64,000 nt of DNA. Origin: Takakia lepidozioides. Taxonomy: Eukaryota > Plantae > Bryophyta. Below, one piece after another: positions 1-13,790 of this stretch (position 1 is its first letter; the number at the start of each line of letters is the position of its first letter). The stretch covers positions 40,176,001 through 40,240,000 of the forward strand of contig CM060733.1 of the NCBI GenBank assembly GCA_030704615.1, read 5' to 3'. The notes beneath the pieces are model-generated. The model saw only the letters and a list, made by a program, of their open reading frames with translations, searched no databases and was not told the origin of the DNA. The position numbers and the translations under genes are program-made.

Positions 1-2046
1 ATCATGACAATTATAGCTAAAATTATAATCAATCAATAATCAGTTTTCTTGCTATAATACTATATTTGTTTAAATAATATTAAAATTGATAAAATAGCTT
101 AAACAGGCTAACCGACATAAATGAAAGATCGACAACTGGACAGTTTACGATGGGACAACATTCATCCATCACCAGGGTTGTTCATCCAGGTGCTCGCACA
201 AGTGTCTTTCCCCAGCACGAGCATCGTCTTTCTCACCCTCCAGCAACCCTCCTGCCATTTCTTCCCTCCCCGCTTCCATCGACTCACTCTCTGGAGCGCT
301 GCTCTTCATCTTTTTGGTTAGACTTTGGTATTCTAGTTTCTGTTGAAGTTTCTTCACAATGAGAATTAGAAAAGGACGCCTGCCGGGGCTTCCAGTGCTT
401 GCCCCGGTGACTTCTCCGTCCAGAACGATAGATCAGCTCGGTAGTTCTAAGATTGAAGCAACAGGAACCGCGGCCGTAGCGGAAGACATCGTCGCTACCT
501 TCAGTGTGCGTGCGGACACGCAGGACTGCCCTGAAATTGGGAGTTTGAATGGACAGGCATTGCCTGCCACATCTGGCATGGATGCTTATGAGAACCCCAC
601 ACAGGTGGAGAACGGCTCCTTGTTTACCCGTGCTGTTCTAAGGAATGTCAAGGTTGAATGTATGAAATAGGTTGGAGTCACTGCATGCAAGGGATTTTCC
701 TCAACTTGTATTTTCTCTTTTCGCCTATGTGCTGTGATGAGCTGCAGATTTGCATGTCATTTCGTCCAGCTCTCAGAGCTTCTCCGGACCTCGTTCTTCT
801 CCCTCCTAGAATGGCCTAGAATGAATACGTAGATATCATATTAATAGGACGAGATGTTAATATTGAAGGTCCTGATTGCTGTACTGACACACACTGAGCA
901 TACTAGCAACATTTGTCGTTCCTAAAGGTTATTGTTGAGCTTCCGTATCGCTGCCACGCATTCCACTGCGACAAGTGAGTCCTGGTACAGTGCACAGGAG
1001 GACGCAGCTATCATGCACATGATGTACACTTAAAGTTTCTATTTGTTTCTGCCAGGTGGATAAAGAAGGATCCGGACCTACAACGAAGACAAGTCCGGTT
1101 CAGAAAAATGGTTCAAGTAACAGGTACTTATTTCTACTTAAGAACTTCCCGTTTATCAGACGATAGTGCAATTTCAAAACAAGTTTATTTCAAGTTGGGG
1201 AGGTCGGTGTGCGTGCACCATAGGAAAGCTCAACTGGTACAAGTCACTTGTCATAACACGGCTGAGTCCTCAACTTACATGAAAATTTCAACGTTCTTGG
1301 AACTATGTACAGCTGCATGTAAATTTTATGAACAATATTCTGTCCCTGGAGGGATACCATAGCCAGTGACTGCAGCTCCAGGGCATTCTCCCGAACAATC
1401 TCACTCCATCGAATCAGTCGTGCATCAATCAAATGTGTTGACTGCAGGTCGCTAGCTGAGAATCAGTTGCTGGAGGTGACTTCCATGGATCACGGCACAG
1501 GTACATCTTCTTCTTGTAAGATTTTGGGTTCAAACTATGAAGTCAAATAACAGCTCCGGTGTCGTTATTTAGTACTTAAGCGATCTAATCGGACTCTTCA
1601 TCAATCGGCACTCCATGCTAGCCTCATATACAATTGTTGAACACTTGTGTTATTTACTACCACCGAACTCTGAACTCATGTGATTCATGATGCAAACAAG
1701 TCTCTAATTTAGCTCTCTATCGTTCAGCTGGATGTACCTGTCTCAAAGTCCTCGTTACAGACCTCAAGTTATGAGCTCCTTCGAGACTCCATATGGGCCA
1801 GACTATGTTGGTACATATGATTATAAATGGGTGTGCTCTTGAGTATTCATCTTATCGATCGACCCTGTAAGTTGTAGATGTCAAGATTGAGCTCTATACT
1901 CGGACTGGAACTTCACACATGAGACCTACATAAGTGCTGAACATTTTGGCATATGTGTATGCACATGATCTCACTGTAAAAAATGTGCTACTAAAGGTTT
2001 TGGATATACGTTCTCCTGCACAGGCATAAGTAAGAAAATTCTCTCG

Positions 2047-3027
2047 ATGCCATCTGCACTTGAGGAGAAGTTGAAAGTGCCAGCAAAACCCTCCAGGGTG
2101 ATTGTCACTGATGCAGCCAGGAGATTCGACGCCGTTTCTTATACAGGCCCGAAGGATCAATCGATGGCACTGTTACACTCACTTTACTGCATCTTCGGTG
2201 CAGCTGGTAAGAAAGGCCTCACTGCTCGTGAAGCTGTTGCCAGGATTATTGAAGAAGGCATGCCTGGCTTGGCCGATGGAAGTGGAAGACGAAGTGTGCA
2301 GGTCGCTAAGGCAATTCGCAACTGCTCAGATTTTGTACAGGCCGAGGAGCGTGGGAGGTATTTTTTAAGCAAAACAGTCCTCAACTTTCTACGTCGAGCG
2401 AAATTGGAAATCTTTGCAAATTGTCCGGAGCAGCGAAACTTCTCTTATGCTCTAAGTCAAATTGCAAGGCAGAAGGCGCCTCTGCACAGATCCTGTGACC
2501 AGAGCACGTGGCATTCTTCGGCTGATAGAGGTACTTTGGATGACCTCGTTCAAGGCAAGAAGAGGGGCCGGGAGAGTGCTTTTGTAGACGTCAGCAGACA
2601 TGTTGTCAGTGGACCTCATGAGGTTGTGGAGGCTAGCTCCAAGGATAAGCAATACACAGGGGTAGGCTTGCCCATCTTCTCCAAGCCACAGCGAGATAAA
2701 GAAATAACAGATTCTGGTAGAACTCAGTGTACGCGAGATGATGGAAAAGGCTGGAAATGCACACGGCCAGCGGAAGCCCAATTTTCACTATGCGCGCACC
2801 ATCGCTACCTGATTCGTAGGAATGAACTTCGCAGGAAAAGCACGCAGGCCAAGCCAACAAAGCAGCGACCCAGGGCCGAAGTCCCTCTATCTAAGACAGG
2901 AGCTGTCACGGCAGGTTGCGACTCGAAATCTACGGCACAAACTACTACAGCTTCTGTTTTAAGGGCTGCACCACATAAATGTCGCAAGACTGTGAAATCA
3001 AGGTCTTTGCAATCGCTGCTATGTTGA
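2047..3027 (+). CDS. WRC zinc-finger domain protein with a possible N-terminal winged-helix region; upstream exons not excluded
   Basis: 326-aa ORF. QCTRDDGKGWKCTRPAEAQFSLCAHH fits the WRC C-x9-C-x10-C-x2-H pattern. The C-terminal RKTVKSRSLQSLL resembles the tail of plant WRC proteins. Confidence 0.8.
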   Translation: MPSALEEKLKVPAKPSRVIVTDAARRFDAVSYTGPKDQSMALLHSLYCIFGAAGKKGLTAREAVARIIEEGMPGLADGSGRRSVQVAKAIRNCSDFVQAEERGRYFLSKTVLNFLRRAKLEIFANCPEQRNFSYALSQIARQKAPLHRSCDQSTWHSSADRGTLDDLVQGKKRGRESAFVDVSRHVVSGPHEVVEASSKDKQYTGVGLPIFSKPQRDKEITDSGRTQCTRDDGKGWKCTRPAEAQFSLCAHHRYLIRRNELRRKSTQAKPTKQRPRAEVPLSKTGAVTAGCDSKSTAQTTTASVLRAAPHKCRKTVKSRSLQSLLC

Positions 3028-4686
3028 CCTCGGATTGTGTCTGGATTGGAGGCTCGTGCAGAAGAAAGATCGACCTACCCAGATCTCAGAAGATTACATT
3101 GAAAGATGTGCATGTGGTGGTCGAGTTACTTTTGTATGATCATTGATCATGCTGGTCACCAGTTCACCAGCTACAGCTCCAATAATAGCTTATAGGTCCC
3201 CGGACTCCAAGTAAGTTCGGATCTTTGAATTGCAAAGCTATCTCTTTTGAAGCAATCTGGTTGAACACAAACCAGGTCAGTAGGACAGCAGATCATGGAG
3301 GAAGAACCTTCTGCCACAGCTTAAGCGACAAACTTATTTAGAGGTCATTAGAGGATGATCCCATGCTCACCGACTTACACGTATACCGTACTTCAGACGG
3401 GTGGGAGAGGAGACTGGAGTTGATCCAGAGTTGATAGAAGTTTAAGTCATCAGGCTCCCGTTGTCGCACAACGAAGCAAAACATTATTTGGGTGATCAAA
3501 GGTCGGTGAATGGAATTCAGGTGTCACTATTCTCATATGCAAGAGAGTTCCAATTTGGGGACGAGAGTTCTATACAAGAATTTTGGCTTGCGGAGATTTT
3601 GCTTCATCCAGCTGCAGGCAAAACCATCTGACACATACTTCAACTTGAGGATGTAGGCCATGACTCACGGCTTCTACATACTGTTTTAAGAAATGCATGC
3701 ATCAGAGCAAACAGGGTTCATACTACTGAGAATGCACCCCCAGGTAAACTTCCTCTTCTCGATCTCCTCCTCCTCGAGATACGAATCTCCCTTATAAATT
3801 AGTTGAAAGTTAGAACAAACGCTTCCAACTTTTGTCAAGCTCCACTGGTCACAAATGTATATGCATTCGGTAATAGAAGAAGCATAATCTCCGAAGATGA
3901 GTGAACATACCGTGTAAGGCCTTCATGAATTGTGAAGAGCTCAACAGCAGACGAGCAGGCAAGAAACCCTCGTTGCACACGAAGGTAGGTCCATCATTTG
4001 ATGGACTCATCCCTCCATTGCGACTCGTGAGATCTACTTTGATCCATAACTCATTTTAAAATTCAGAACATTATGCACTTCTTCTTTTTTCTTTTTTGTT
4101 TTATTTGAAGGGAACACCTGGGAGCGACAGCTTGCAAATTAGGCAGCACTTGTTATGTCAGCAGAGTCTTTAGGACTAGTAAGTTGTCATCCATGGTAAT
4201 GGTTTTCATCAATTTAGTTGTCGTACAGCCAAGTAGGTGTTACTTGGGAAAGGTAAAACTGGTATGGGCACTCTTGGGTAGGCTCCAAGCCAACAAAAAC
4301 ATTGCAGTAGCATGATAGCATCCCACTGAATTTTATATTTATTCTTTTAAGTGGGGAAATAACTTACTGAGGACTCGCCAGTGACTTATAGTGAGAGGAG
4401 AAAATAACCTCTTTCAAATAAATATAGACCCCTCTCGAAGAGAGCGTAAATTATGGTGTCTCTTCACCACAAGGGCTATGCAGAAGGTGAAATCTTGGCC
4501 ATTGTCATTCTCCTTATGCGCATGAAAGGAGCGCATGAAAGGAGCGGCTACTGCCTTCCAGCTGAAAGGTAGTGGACACTGGACACCTTCATGACACCAC
4601 CAAACGTGGTTTGAACACACAACAATCCAACGTCCGGGTATGTGCTCTACTAAATTAGATCATCTGGTTACATGCATTATGGGTAA

Positions 4687-5186
4687 NNNNNNNNNNNNNN
4701 NNNNNNNNNNNNNNNNNNNNNNNNNNNNNNNNNNNNNNNNNNNNNNNNNNNNNNNNNNNNNNNNNNNNNNNNNNNNNNNNNNNNNNNNNNNNNNNNNNNN
4801 NNNNNNNNNNNNNNNNNNNNNNNNNNNNNNNNNNNNNNNNNNNNNNNNNNNNNNNNNNNNNNNNNNNNNNNNNNNNNNNNNNNNNNNNNNNNNNNNNNNN
4901 NNNNNNNNNNNNNNNNNNNNNNNNNNNNNNNNNNNNNNNNNNNNNNNNNNNNNNNNNNNNNNNNNNNNNNNNNNNNNNNNNNNNNNNNNNNNNNNNNNNN
5001 NNNNNNNNNNNNNNNNNNNNNNNNNNNNNNNNNNNNNNNNNNNNNNNNNNNNNNNNNNNNNNNNNNNNNNNNNNNNNNNNNNNNNNNNNNNNNNNNNNNN
5101 NNNNNNNNNNNNNNNNNNNNNNNNNNNNNNNNNNNNNNNNNNNNNNNNNNNNNNNNNNNNNNNNNNNNNNNNNNNNNNNNNNNNNN
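4687..5186. other. Assembly gap (500 N)
   Basis: Run of N in the sequence. Confidence 1.
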
Positions 5187-5257
5187 TCCAAGCCTCATCA
5201 TCTTCAGGCACATCACTGCATCTTCATTATCATCATCTTCCTCATCTACTGGAGGTA

Positions 5258-6953
5258 TTATTTAGCTTTGCTTCTGTTACTATCATTCGTACTCACTTCT
5301 GGTACAACACAAGGCCTAACCATGTGAGCTGCCACCACTGGGCCCTCATTCACATGAGCTCTCATCTCATTCTGGTGTCTAATCCAGAATGAACAGGCTG
5401 CCTTGCAATGTCTTGCATGATTACAATAGTAACACAGTTCTTCACCATTGGGTCCTCGCCCTTGGTCTGCTCTTGGATTATTTCTGTAATCCTGATTCCC
5501 TGGCTGGTAATTTCCTTGGTAATTCCCTCTTGGATTACCTCTCCCTTCCATGCCATTGTTATAACCACCAGGCCTACCATAGTGGTCCTGATCACTGTTT
5601 CTTCTTGGTTGGGGCTGCACTTGATGCACCCTTACTTGCCTAGGTTCTCTAGCTGCTGTCCTTTTTTGTAGTAACAATTCTCAGTAGAATGGTTATCCAT
5701 TTTAACAGATAGTACAGTGTTTCTCCTTCATGTGGCATTCAGTGGTGGTATGGCCTTCATTCTGGCACTTTGCACACCAAACACCCTTCCTCCAATGTGT
5801 TCAGCCTCTGTGGCATACTTCTTCAAGATTTCTTCTAATCTTTTCTCATAGTTATCCCTCTTCAACTTCTTCCTCTTCTCTTACTCTTCCTTTTCAGCTC
5901 TTGCTCTTCTTCCTCATCTGACTCATCCTCAGAGTCCTCATCATCCCTTTTCTCTCTCCTGAGCATTCCCAATTGCTCAATTCTGTTCGTTGTTACAAAT
6001 GCCTCCTCCACTGTATTATGGGGTAACATATCCACTTTCTTTGCAACTCCGGTCTTATCCCACTCACAAACCAAGTCTTCTGTAAACCTGTGCTGGTACA
6101 GCAGCCAGCTTTTTCATCATCAATTCCATCTTTTCCATATACTCCTCAACAGTTTCATGCTTCTTTTGCTTAACTGTTGTAAACTTCCATACACTTCATC
6201 CTCAGTTTTACTTGTCCTGAACCTATTTGGAATGTTGTATTCAACAACCATTCCAGGTTAGGAAATGATTATCAGGGAATCTTGCATACATTCACTTGCT
6301 TCTTTATAAGTGAATAAGGAAACAGTCTCATCTTGGCATCATTGCCATTCTCATTGTTCACAATACACATGTGCTCAAATTGGCTAATGTGTACATCAGG
6401 ATCCTTTTTTCCTGAATATATTGGAAAAGGGGTGGTTTTGCCTGTGTTGGTTTGTAACGCCATCTGTGGCCCTACCTTCTGCCCACTGACAGATGTTGGC
6501 CCCCTTGCTGGTGCTAGTCCTTGAGGACTGTTGTATTTGTGGTGGAACTTCCACCAAGTGGTGCCCCTGAGCACTCCCTGCTACTGGCCCCACTATATTC
6601 ACAGTATTCCCAGCTCCAGTTGCACTACTTCCCACACTCCTGTCCCCCCAGAGCCAGATCCAGGCCGCCTGCCCGATCCCCCTGAGCCGACACCTTTATT
6701 GGCATGTGATCCAAGTGCTCCACTTGATCCAGGTCCAACGGGTTGGGATGTCCTGGTTGTAATCTCAACCTCAGCTGTTGGGTCTACTTCTTCATACTCT
6801 TCCGCTTCCAATTTCTTCCTCTGTTTTCATCCTCCAAGTTCTGCCCTTGGTTTCCTCTTCACTCATGTAACTCAACTGAATGGTGTTGGAGAGTCTGAAC
6901 TCTACTTGGCTCTGCCACATCCTCTCCTCCTCCTTCTTCATCTTCCGTTTTAA
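5258..6953 (-). pseudogene. Degenerate Ty3/gypsy gag
   Basis: Capsid-like FPIYSGKKDPDVHISQFEHMCIVNNENGNDAKMRLFPYSL. Two CCHC knuckles (WCAKCQNEGHTTTEC near 5730-5785; CYYCNHARHCKAAC near 5395-5435). Multiple frameshifts. Confidence 0.8.
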
Positions 6954-8407
6954 GAAACTGGAGTTCCTGCTTTTGGTGTTCCATGCCAACTCTTATCAAA
7001 GATTTCTGTCAAATCTTTTATCCAGGGATGTACCTCATATCTTTCACCTCGTGGTTGATCTTCTTCCAGTATCAATTCCCTTAATCTTTCTTGCAAAGAA
7101 AAAGAAGGAGTGGTATCCAACTCTAGTTCTTCCGTTATGGGTGATGTACTTTCTGATCTTATGGTGTGAGAGGTCCAGATGATTCCTTCCCCTATGTCTA
7201 TTCCTCTCTCCCAAAGATATGGATAATTAGCTTTCAGATACTTTCTGTTTTTGCTGAATATCTCTGGAGTCTAGCTTCTCTTTCATCACTCATGTCCCAT
7301 ATCTTTCATTTCTTTAATGTAGCAATAACCAAAACTCTCTTCTGTAGTATCTCTCCTATATGCCTGGTTTCTTTCAAGCTTCAATGCACCCTTGCTATAC
7401 TAGAAGTCTCCGTTACCATATAACCATATGCAAACAAGTTCTGGAAAGCTGTTCTTGGTGTGAGTTTGATCCACAGAATATCCTTTGGAATCCAATTCTT
7501 TACCAGTACAAGCTCTTCATGCATATGAGTATAAGCATTCACCTTTCCTTTCCTCCCAGCCTTCAAACTCTACTCGCTTAATGGATAGCAATGCTATCAC
7601 ATAAACCAGTGTTGGTAACCAACGTGCTCTTCCTCTACACAGGCCACCTTATAAATCTTTATCACCCCTTCTCCAGACCCCACTCAGGGTCAACATCATG
7701 CACTCTCTAAGAATTTTCTTTACAACCGTCTGGCAATTCCAAGAACCTCTGAAAGAATTGTTTGGACAATCTTTCCTTCTCAGTTTCACAGGGAATTTGA
7801 TTCACATCAAATTCTTTAATTCTCCAAACCACCATGATCCCACCAGATGCCTGTCACATCTGGCTGTTCATGACCCAGTTCCCCAGTATGGTCGCCAAAT
7901 GTCGAGTGGCTTGTACTCACCCATCCCTTCGCTATCCGAGGTGGAAACTCCAAGATAGAAGAGTTGGATATCTCTAAGCACTCAGCCCGCTCAGAACAAT
8001 CAGTCATGACCTACAGCTAGTGAATCATGGTTGTGCTTCCTGTTTGAATTTCTTCTTGCCTTCATGTTAACAAATTTCCTTACTATGTATACTGAAGCAT
8101 CAGATTGCTTTAGTATCTATCAGGTTCCATCACTCACCATTCATTCCACAGCTTCACTCAAGTCTCTCTACACAGTGTGATTGTATCGAATAAGTATTAG
8201 ATTAAGATTTATCAGGTATCAGGCCGAAGCCATGGTGTCTCTAATCTGCTCTACAGTGTCACTACAACTTTGCATGTCACAATCGTCTACTGATCATCTC
8301 TCCTCCTTCACCGTGCTCTCCATCCTTACTCCCATTCCTCTCTCCTCCGCGGATCTCCTTCCGTCAATGACCAAAAAATGCTCCCTGTGAAAAAGTCCTC
8401 CTCTTTT

Positions 8408-8792
8408 CGTTGCCGCTCTCCTTATCCGCCCGCAAGCTGTTCTAACCACCTAACGAACTAACCGTCATCCCTGAAGTAACACGTTCCCTCTGCAGATGTC
8501 GTTCCCTCACACGTCGTTCCCTGTCCAATGATAACTTTCCCATGTACTGTGACAGGCTGTGTCAAGCTGTGCCGAGCTGTGACTAGCTGTGTAAAGCTGT
8601 ATCAGCGTGTGACTGGCTGTGCGAAGCTGTGTCGGGCTATGGTGGGCTGTGTAAAGCTGTGTCGGGCTGTATAACCCCCCTAAAGCCTGCTGCTGCCACC
8701 CCTAAGGCTCCTGTTGGTCTAAGTCTGCGCAAAAATTAAGGGTACCCCACAGAACCCGTAAAAGCGTCTAAGTCCCAAGCTGGCCTCTAACA
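8408..8792 (-). repeat. LTR segment, copy A; probable 5' LTR of the gag-bearing element to its left
   Basis: About 385 bp, highly similar to 30644-31029. Begins TGTTAGAG on the minus strand and contains GCTGTG repeats. Only the shared part is delimited. Confidence 0.7.
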
Positions 8793-8794
8793 CC

Positions 8795-9860
8795 ACCATG
8801 AAGTAAATAAAGTTTTGGAGGAAGTTCATAAAGGAGTGGCTGGAGGTCATTTTGGAGAAGAGACTACCAGTAAAAAGATACTACTTGCAGGTTATTGGTG
8901 GCCTACTTTTGTTCAAGGATGTACACAAGTATTGTAGAGTTGTTGATGAGTGTCAGAGGCTAGGAACCATTGCAGAGATCTGGGAAGATGGCTGGCTTTG
9001 CATCCTACGATGCCTACTGAACCATTTCAGAATGGGGACTAGACTTTGTTGGACCAATTAACCCACCACCCAAGAATACACAAAACAAGTATATAATCAC
9101 AGCCTCTGATTATACTACAAAGTGGGTGGAAGCTAAAGCTCTGAGGGACAACACAGCTAAGTCCACAGCAAGGTTCCTGTATGAGAACATACTTACACGA
9201 TTTGGCTGTCCCTGGATTTATCAGTGATCAGGGAAGTCACTCTTCATTAACGAGACCATTGAACTCCTTGACTGAAGAGTTCATAATTGTGCATAGGAAG
9301 AGTACAACATATTACCCCAGGGTATGGGTCAGGCAGAGGCTACCAACAAAATACTATGTACTATATTGGCTAAGATAGTCAATGCAACAGAACAGATGGG
9401 ATACAAAGCTGCTGACAGCTTTGTGGTCATACAGGACTTCATATAAGTCACCACTAAGTATACACCATTCCAATTAGTTTATGGTATGGAAGCTTTACTT
9501 CCAGTGGAATTCTTTTACCTACCATGAGAACTGAATTGGGAAGAAGAATGAATTGGAAGATTCAATTAAGGGGGAGCAAACATGAAGATACCATGTGAAG
9601 AAGTACGTCTGATGCAGCTGATAACATGACCAGAATTCAGATGAAGAGGAAGGATCAGTTTGATGAAGGTAAATTAAAGACTTTTAAGACGGGAGATTTG
9701 GTAATGTGTTTGCAAAGAAGGTGAAGATTAAAGCTTCTAAGCTTAATCACCATGGAAAGGACCTTATGTCTACCTAAGATTTATGATATAACACCGCCAT
9801 GTTACAAACCATTAACAAAGAAATGCTGGGAAGAGTCAATGCCAATAGTTGAAGGGGTAC
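8795..9860 (+). pseudogene. Degenerate Ty3/gypsy integrase
   Basis: Across frames: EVHKGVAGGHFG (zinc-binding H), [67 protein letters not shown]. Many frameshifts. Confidence 0.85.
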
Positions 9861-12800
9861 AGTGGTAATCCATGACAAACATTGCAGCACGATTTGCATG
9901 TTGAAATGCAAAAACAGTCACGGGCTTGCGCCATAGTGATACCAGTGGTCTCACATGCAAGAGGACAAATTGGGCCGTCAAAGTACCTACCCGGTACATC
10001 AGCTAAGACTATTTGTGGGCCCATTAATGCATTAAGAGCAAGGGTAACGGAACCCTTTCCGATACAGAAAAGGGGACCTATGCCACAGTGTTGTTCCTAC
10101 TGGACATCCAGATGGGAATGTCCATGGAGGGGGTGGAATTAAGATTTACCTAAGCAGGCAACAACCATCAGGAATAGAATTACATGCAGGTGGTTCCCCC
10201 CTCCAAGAAACAAGACAAGAAATATGAAGTGTATGAGCGAAAGTCGGGTGGCTCCGAATAGCCAGTGTCTCGACGGGAGGGGCAATAAAAGCACTAGCTT
10301 TGTAGCTGTGGCGGATGCAACGGATTACACACTCACTTTACTTCTCACGCAGTGGCGCAAGGACGGACGAATTGAGAATACATTTTCAGCGGCGCTTTGG
10401 TGGGGGAGTATATCGCTCCTTCTCCCTTCTTAGACATAGCATTTGTATGCTTCGCTTCTCCTTAGCTGTGCTGGAGGTGGCGTGTTGGTGGCGATGGCTA
10501 TGTGTTACCTTCCCCAATCGCTCAAGGTTTTTGGCGATTAGGGTTTCTTTTACTTCATATCTCTCTCTTGTCTTCTTGGGTTCGTAGTTGACATCGATAA
10601 CAAGTGTAGGGGTCTGTGATTCACCTGGGGTTCCACAATCCTCACCAACCCATTGGTTTTTGTGGGGGCTTGTGATGGGACTAGGTGAGGATCCCTACCT
10701 ATTTTGAATTCTCTTGAGCTTGCGATAATGATATGTGCAAAAAGACATGCTTCTGCTTGCAGCCCCGATTTCGGCCCGCTTGCTCCCGGTTTGACATGAC
10801 AATGCTTGCTTTTGACTTATCTTTTGCTGCTGCTGATGGAGCACTTTGGCCTGGCAAACCTTGTCTCATGCAGCACTGCATGTGAATCCTACCTGGTCTT
10901 GATTCTTTGACAGCTTTGCCTGTGGATTTTTAGACTTGGTTCCCCTTCTTTTTGCCTTAACAGAGGATTGATGGTGTAAGGGACAAGTCATAAATGGTTG
11001 TTTTGAGCCCTGAGTTTTGTTAAAGAAGACAGCTTGATAAGGCAGTGACAGGCCGTTTGAGACCTGGTTTTGTTTGTGGAATGGACCATAGTGAGGTTCC
11101 TATTGTCAAAACATGGCATTAGTCTCCTGTGATACAATGCAGTAAGCTCTAAAGGACTCTGGCCAATGATTATTTCTCTATTTTGCCATTGGAACAGCCA
11201 CCTGCATTGTTTGATTTATCTGGCCAAGTGGGCTGGTCGTGACACCGAAGTGTATGTGTGTCCAGATCTAGATGTTGTGACAGGACAGACCTTTCTTCCA
11301 TGCAAGAGTCCTATGTGCACATGTCTTGAATATATACAATGACAGACTGTTCTTACATACCCAGAAGGCTTTGCAAGATGCATGCTTTGGGGTGCTTACA
11401 TTTGGCCAAATGTGAAGCTGTAATATGGCTTACCTGCCCCCAAGAAGTGTACTTGGTGGCAGGCCTGAGTGTATTAATTGCAGACTGATCCTTCTGCTCC
11501 AGTGTGAACACTCACTGAATGTGTTGGCAAGGCAGACTATTCTTACCTACTTTGCATAATGCTTGTCTGGATCACCTCAACGTACTTGTGTGTGCATATC
11601 TTGGATCTGTAATGTGGCAAGATACTCTCTATATGCCCCATGATATATTGCATGTGCATATCTTATGGATAACTATGGATGATGTAATCTGAGGATGCAA
11701 TCTGACTTATATTGTGCGTAAGGGTCACTTGGGTACATGACAGGAATCTGATTATGAACATACCCCGCCCTCCACCCTGTTTATCATGAATGAATGGTGG
11801 CGTCACTTGGTGTGTTATGACAAGACTGAAATGGTAGATGGTGCCCTGTCATGGGGCTGTTTAATGTCTTTAATTGACAATTACCCTAGCTGGTCTTGTC
11901 CATGTCTTGACATGACATGATATCTTCCCACTCTCGTCCTCTCTCTTATTAACTTTTTCTACCCCCTCTTTCCCTCTGTGGTTTTTTTTTTTTTTTTTGT
12001 GAGCAGCACGAAAGAGAGGGAGATAAATTCTTGTCGAGACATGGACAAGACCAAACAAGGTCTTTGTCAATTTTTACGACAAATCAGCCTCATAACGAGG
12101 CACTATCAATCATTCTCCATTCATAAACTAGTCTGCTAACATACAATAGATCCCATGGTCATGAAATCTCTGGGTGGGGGGGTGGGATTATATAAAAATC
12201 CGCATCAATATATGCTTCATTAAATGCATGTCTAAACAGGGACCCAATCATGTATCACACGTTTGGGTATGCTTTCAGATGTAACAAAGCAACTGTTCAT
12301 AGCAAGGAGGAAAACTTGTTTATCCTGCTAACATTACTCCCCAAGATTACATGAACACTCTGAAAATGAAGTTCCACTTATTATGTAATCTTATGGCCAT
12401 ATACAGATTGTGAACCATTTACTCATAAGTGGTATGACCTCATACCTTGTTTTTTTGCCCCAGAACCTGGTTTAGGTCTGGGGCCATTGTATACATTGTG
12501 GTAACAAGGTGTTAAGTAGGCAAACAATTGTACATATTGCTACTTTACCACTGTGCAAAGCAAGGAAGCCAGTCTTCAGATGCTGAATTTCATCACCCAT
12601 GGTTACGTTGTATATCTGGCAGATCTAACAATGATATGTAAACATGGAATACAATCAGAAGAAGATATTGATTATGTTCCATAATCTGGCTTCAGCCAAG
12701 TACAGCGAGTGTATATTCTAGCAAAATGTTTACCATATCACCAAGCATTCATGGAGGTATAGAGAGATATACAGGGCATGTACTAGCTTAATCCCTGATG

Positions 12801-13727
12801 TCTTAAAATCCCTCTAAACATATTGTCTAGGTTCAAAAAGATCTTTCAGGTTACTGTGCTGCTTGGTACATGCCATAGCAGTAAAACCAGTCTACCCTAG
12901 AGCCCGTTTTAAGTTTTTGGGGTAATCTGTATCTGCTTCAGCAGGGTACTTGCAAGTCACAAACAGTAAAGAAGGACTGGAAATCAAAATGGCCTGCATC
13001 ATCATCATACATGGCCTAAAAACAGAGATTGGTGTTCCTATGTCCTCTTACTTGCTGCCCGAATACCTTCACGCCCAACATCTTACCAGTACTATAAACC
13101 AAAAATAAAAGCTCAGGCTGTGCTGTAAACAGCAAATCTAGCACCATCATGTAATGTAGCAGAAATCAAAGGCCAGAGTCATTAATAGAATGTAAGTGTT
13201 CTAATAAAGCTCATCTAATGCATTGATGCTCAACAGAAAGAGCTGGAAGCATAGCCAGAAAGATCAAGATAAGGGGGGAGATTTGAATCAGCTCCCTGAA
13301 GAAAACAGCTTGAGTCGACTTCACTTCATCTTGCTAGTTTTCAATCAATGGCAAGCTTCATGAATCATATTAAGTGAGGGCCCTCACTTGGTCCCATCAC
13401 ATGCAATCAAAAAACAATGAAGTTAGTGAAGACGTGGAACCCCAGGTGAATATCAGGCCTCACGCTTGTTATCGCTGTACAACTGCGTTCAAAAGCAAGA
13501 AGAGATCAAAAGCAAAGCAAAGATTATCCACAACCTTAAGGGTTTGTGGAAGAGGATTCGACATAGCTCCAAGAACTCGGCAATCGACAGCACAAACCAC
13601 AACGTTTTGCTGATTTCTACGAGCATTTTATCAGGTGAAGAGACTTCTGAAAGTTTGAGAGCGGCGCTAGATCTTAATGACCATTGAACGGATCGACAAA
13701 CAATCACTGCTTAGGGTAGATTGTCCG

Positions 13728-13790
13728 CCAAGGGAAGAGACAACCTCGCCAAGGGAAGAGACAACCTCATCAAGGGAAGAGACAAACTCA
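13728..13790 (+). repeat. Short tandem repeat, 21-bp unit CAAGGGAAGAGACAACCTCGC, about 3 copies
   Basis: Directly visible in the sequence. Confidence 0.8.

Noticed and set aside
121-1500. Short ORFs as upstream exons of the WRC gene or a separate gene
   Set aside because: Splice-like signals exist, but no recognisable protein or consistent model could be built.
4640-5392. Long X-containing ORFs
   Set aside because: Produced by the N gap.
10064-10090. Possible PPT (AGAAAAGGGG) and TG start of a 3' LTR after the integrase
   Set aside because: Plausible, but no second LTR copy in the window confirms it.
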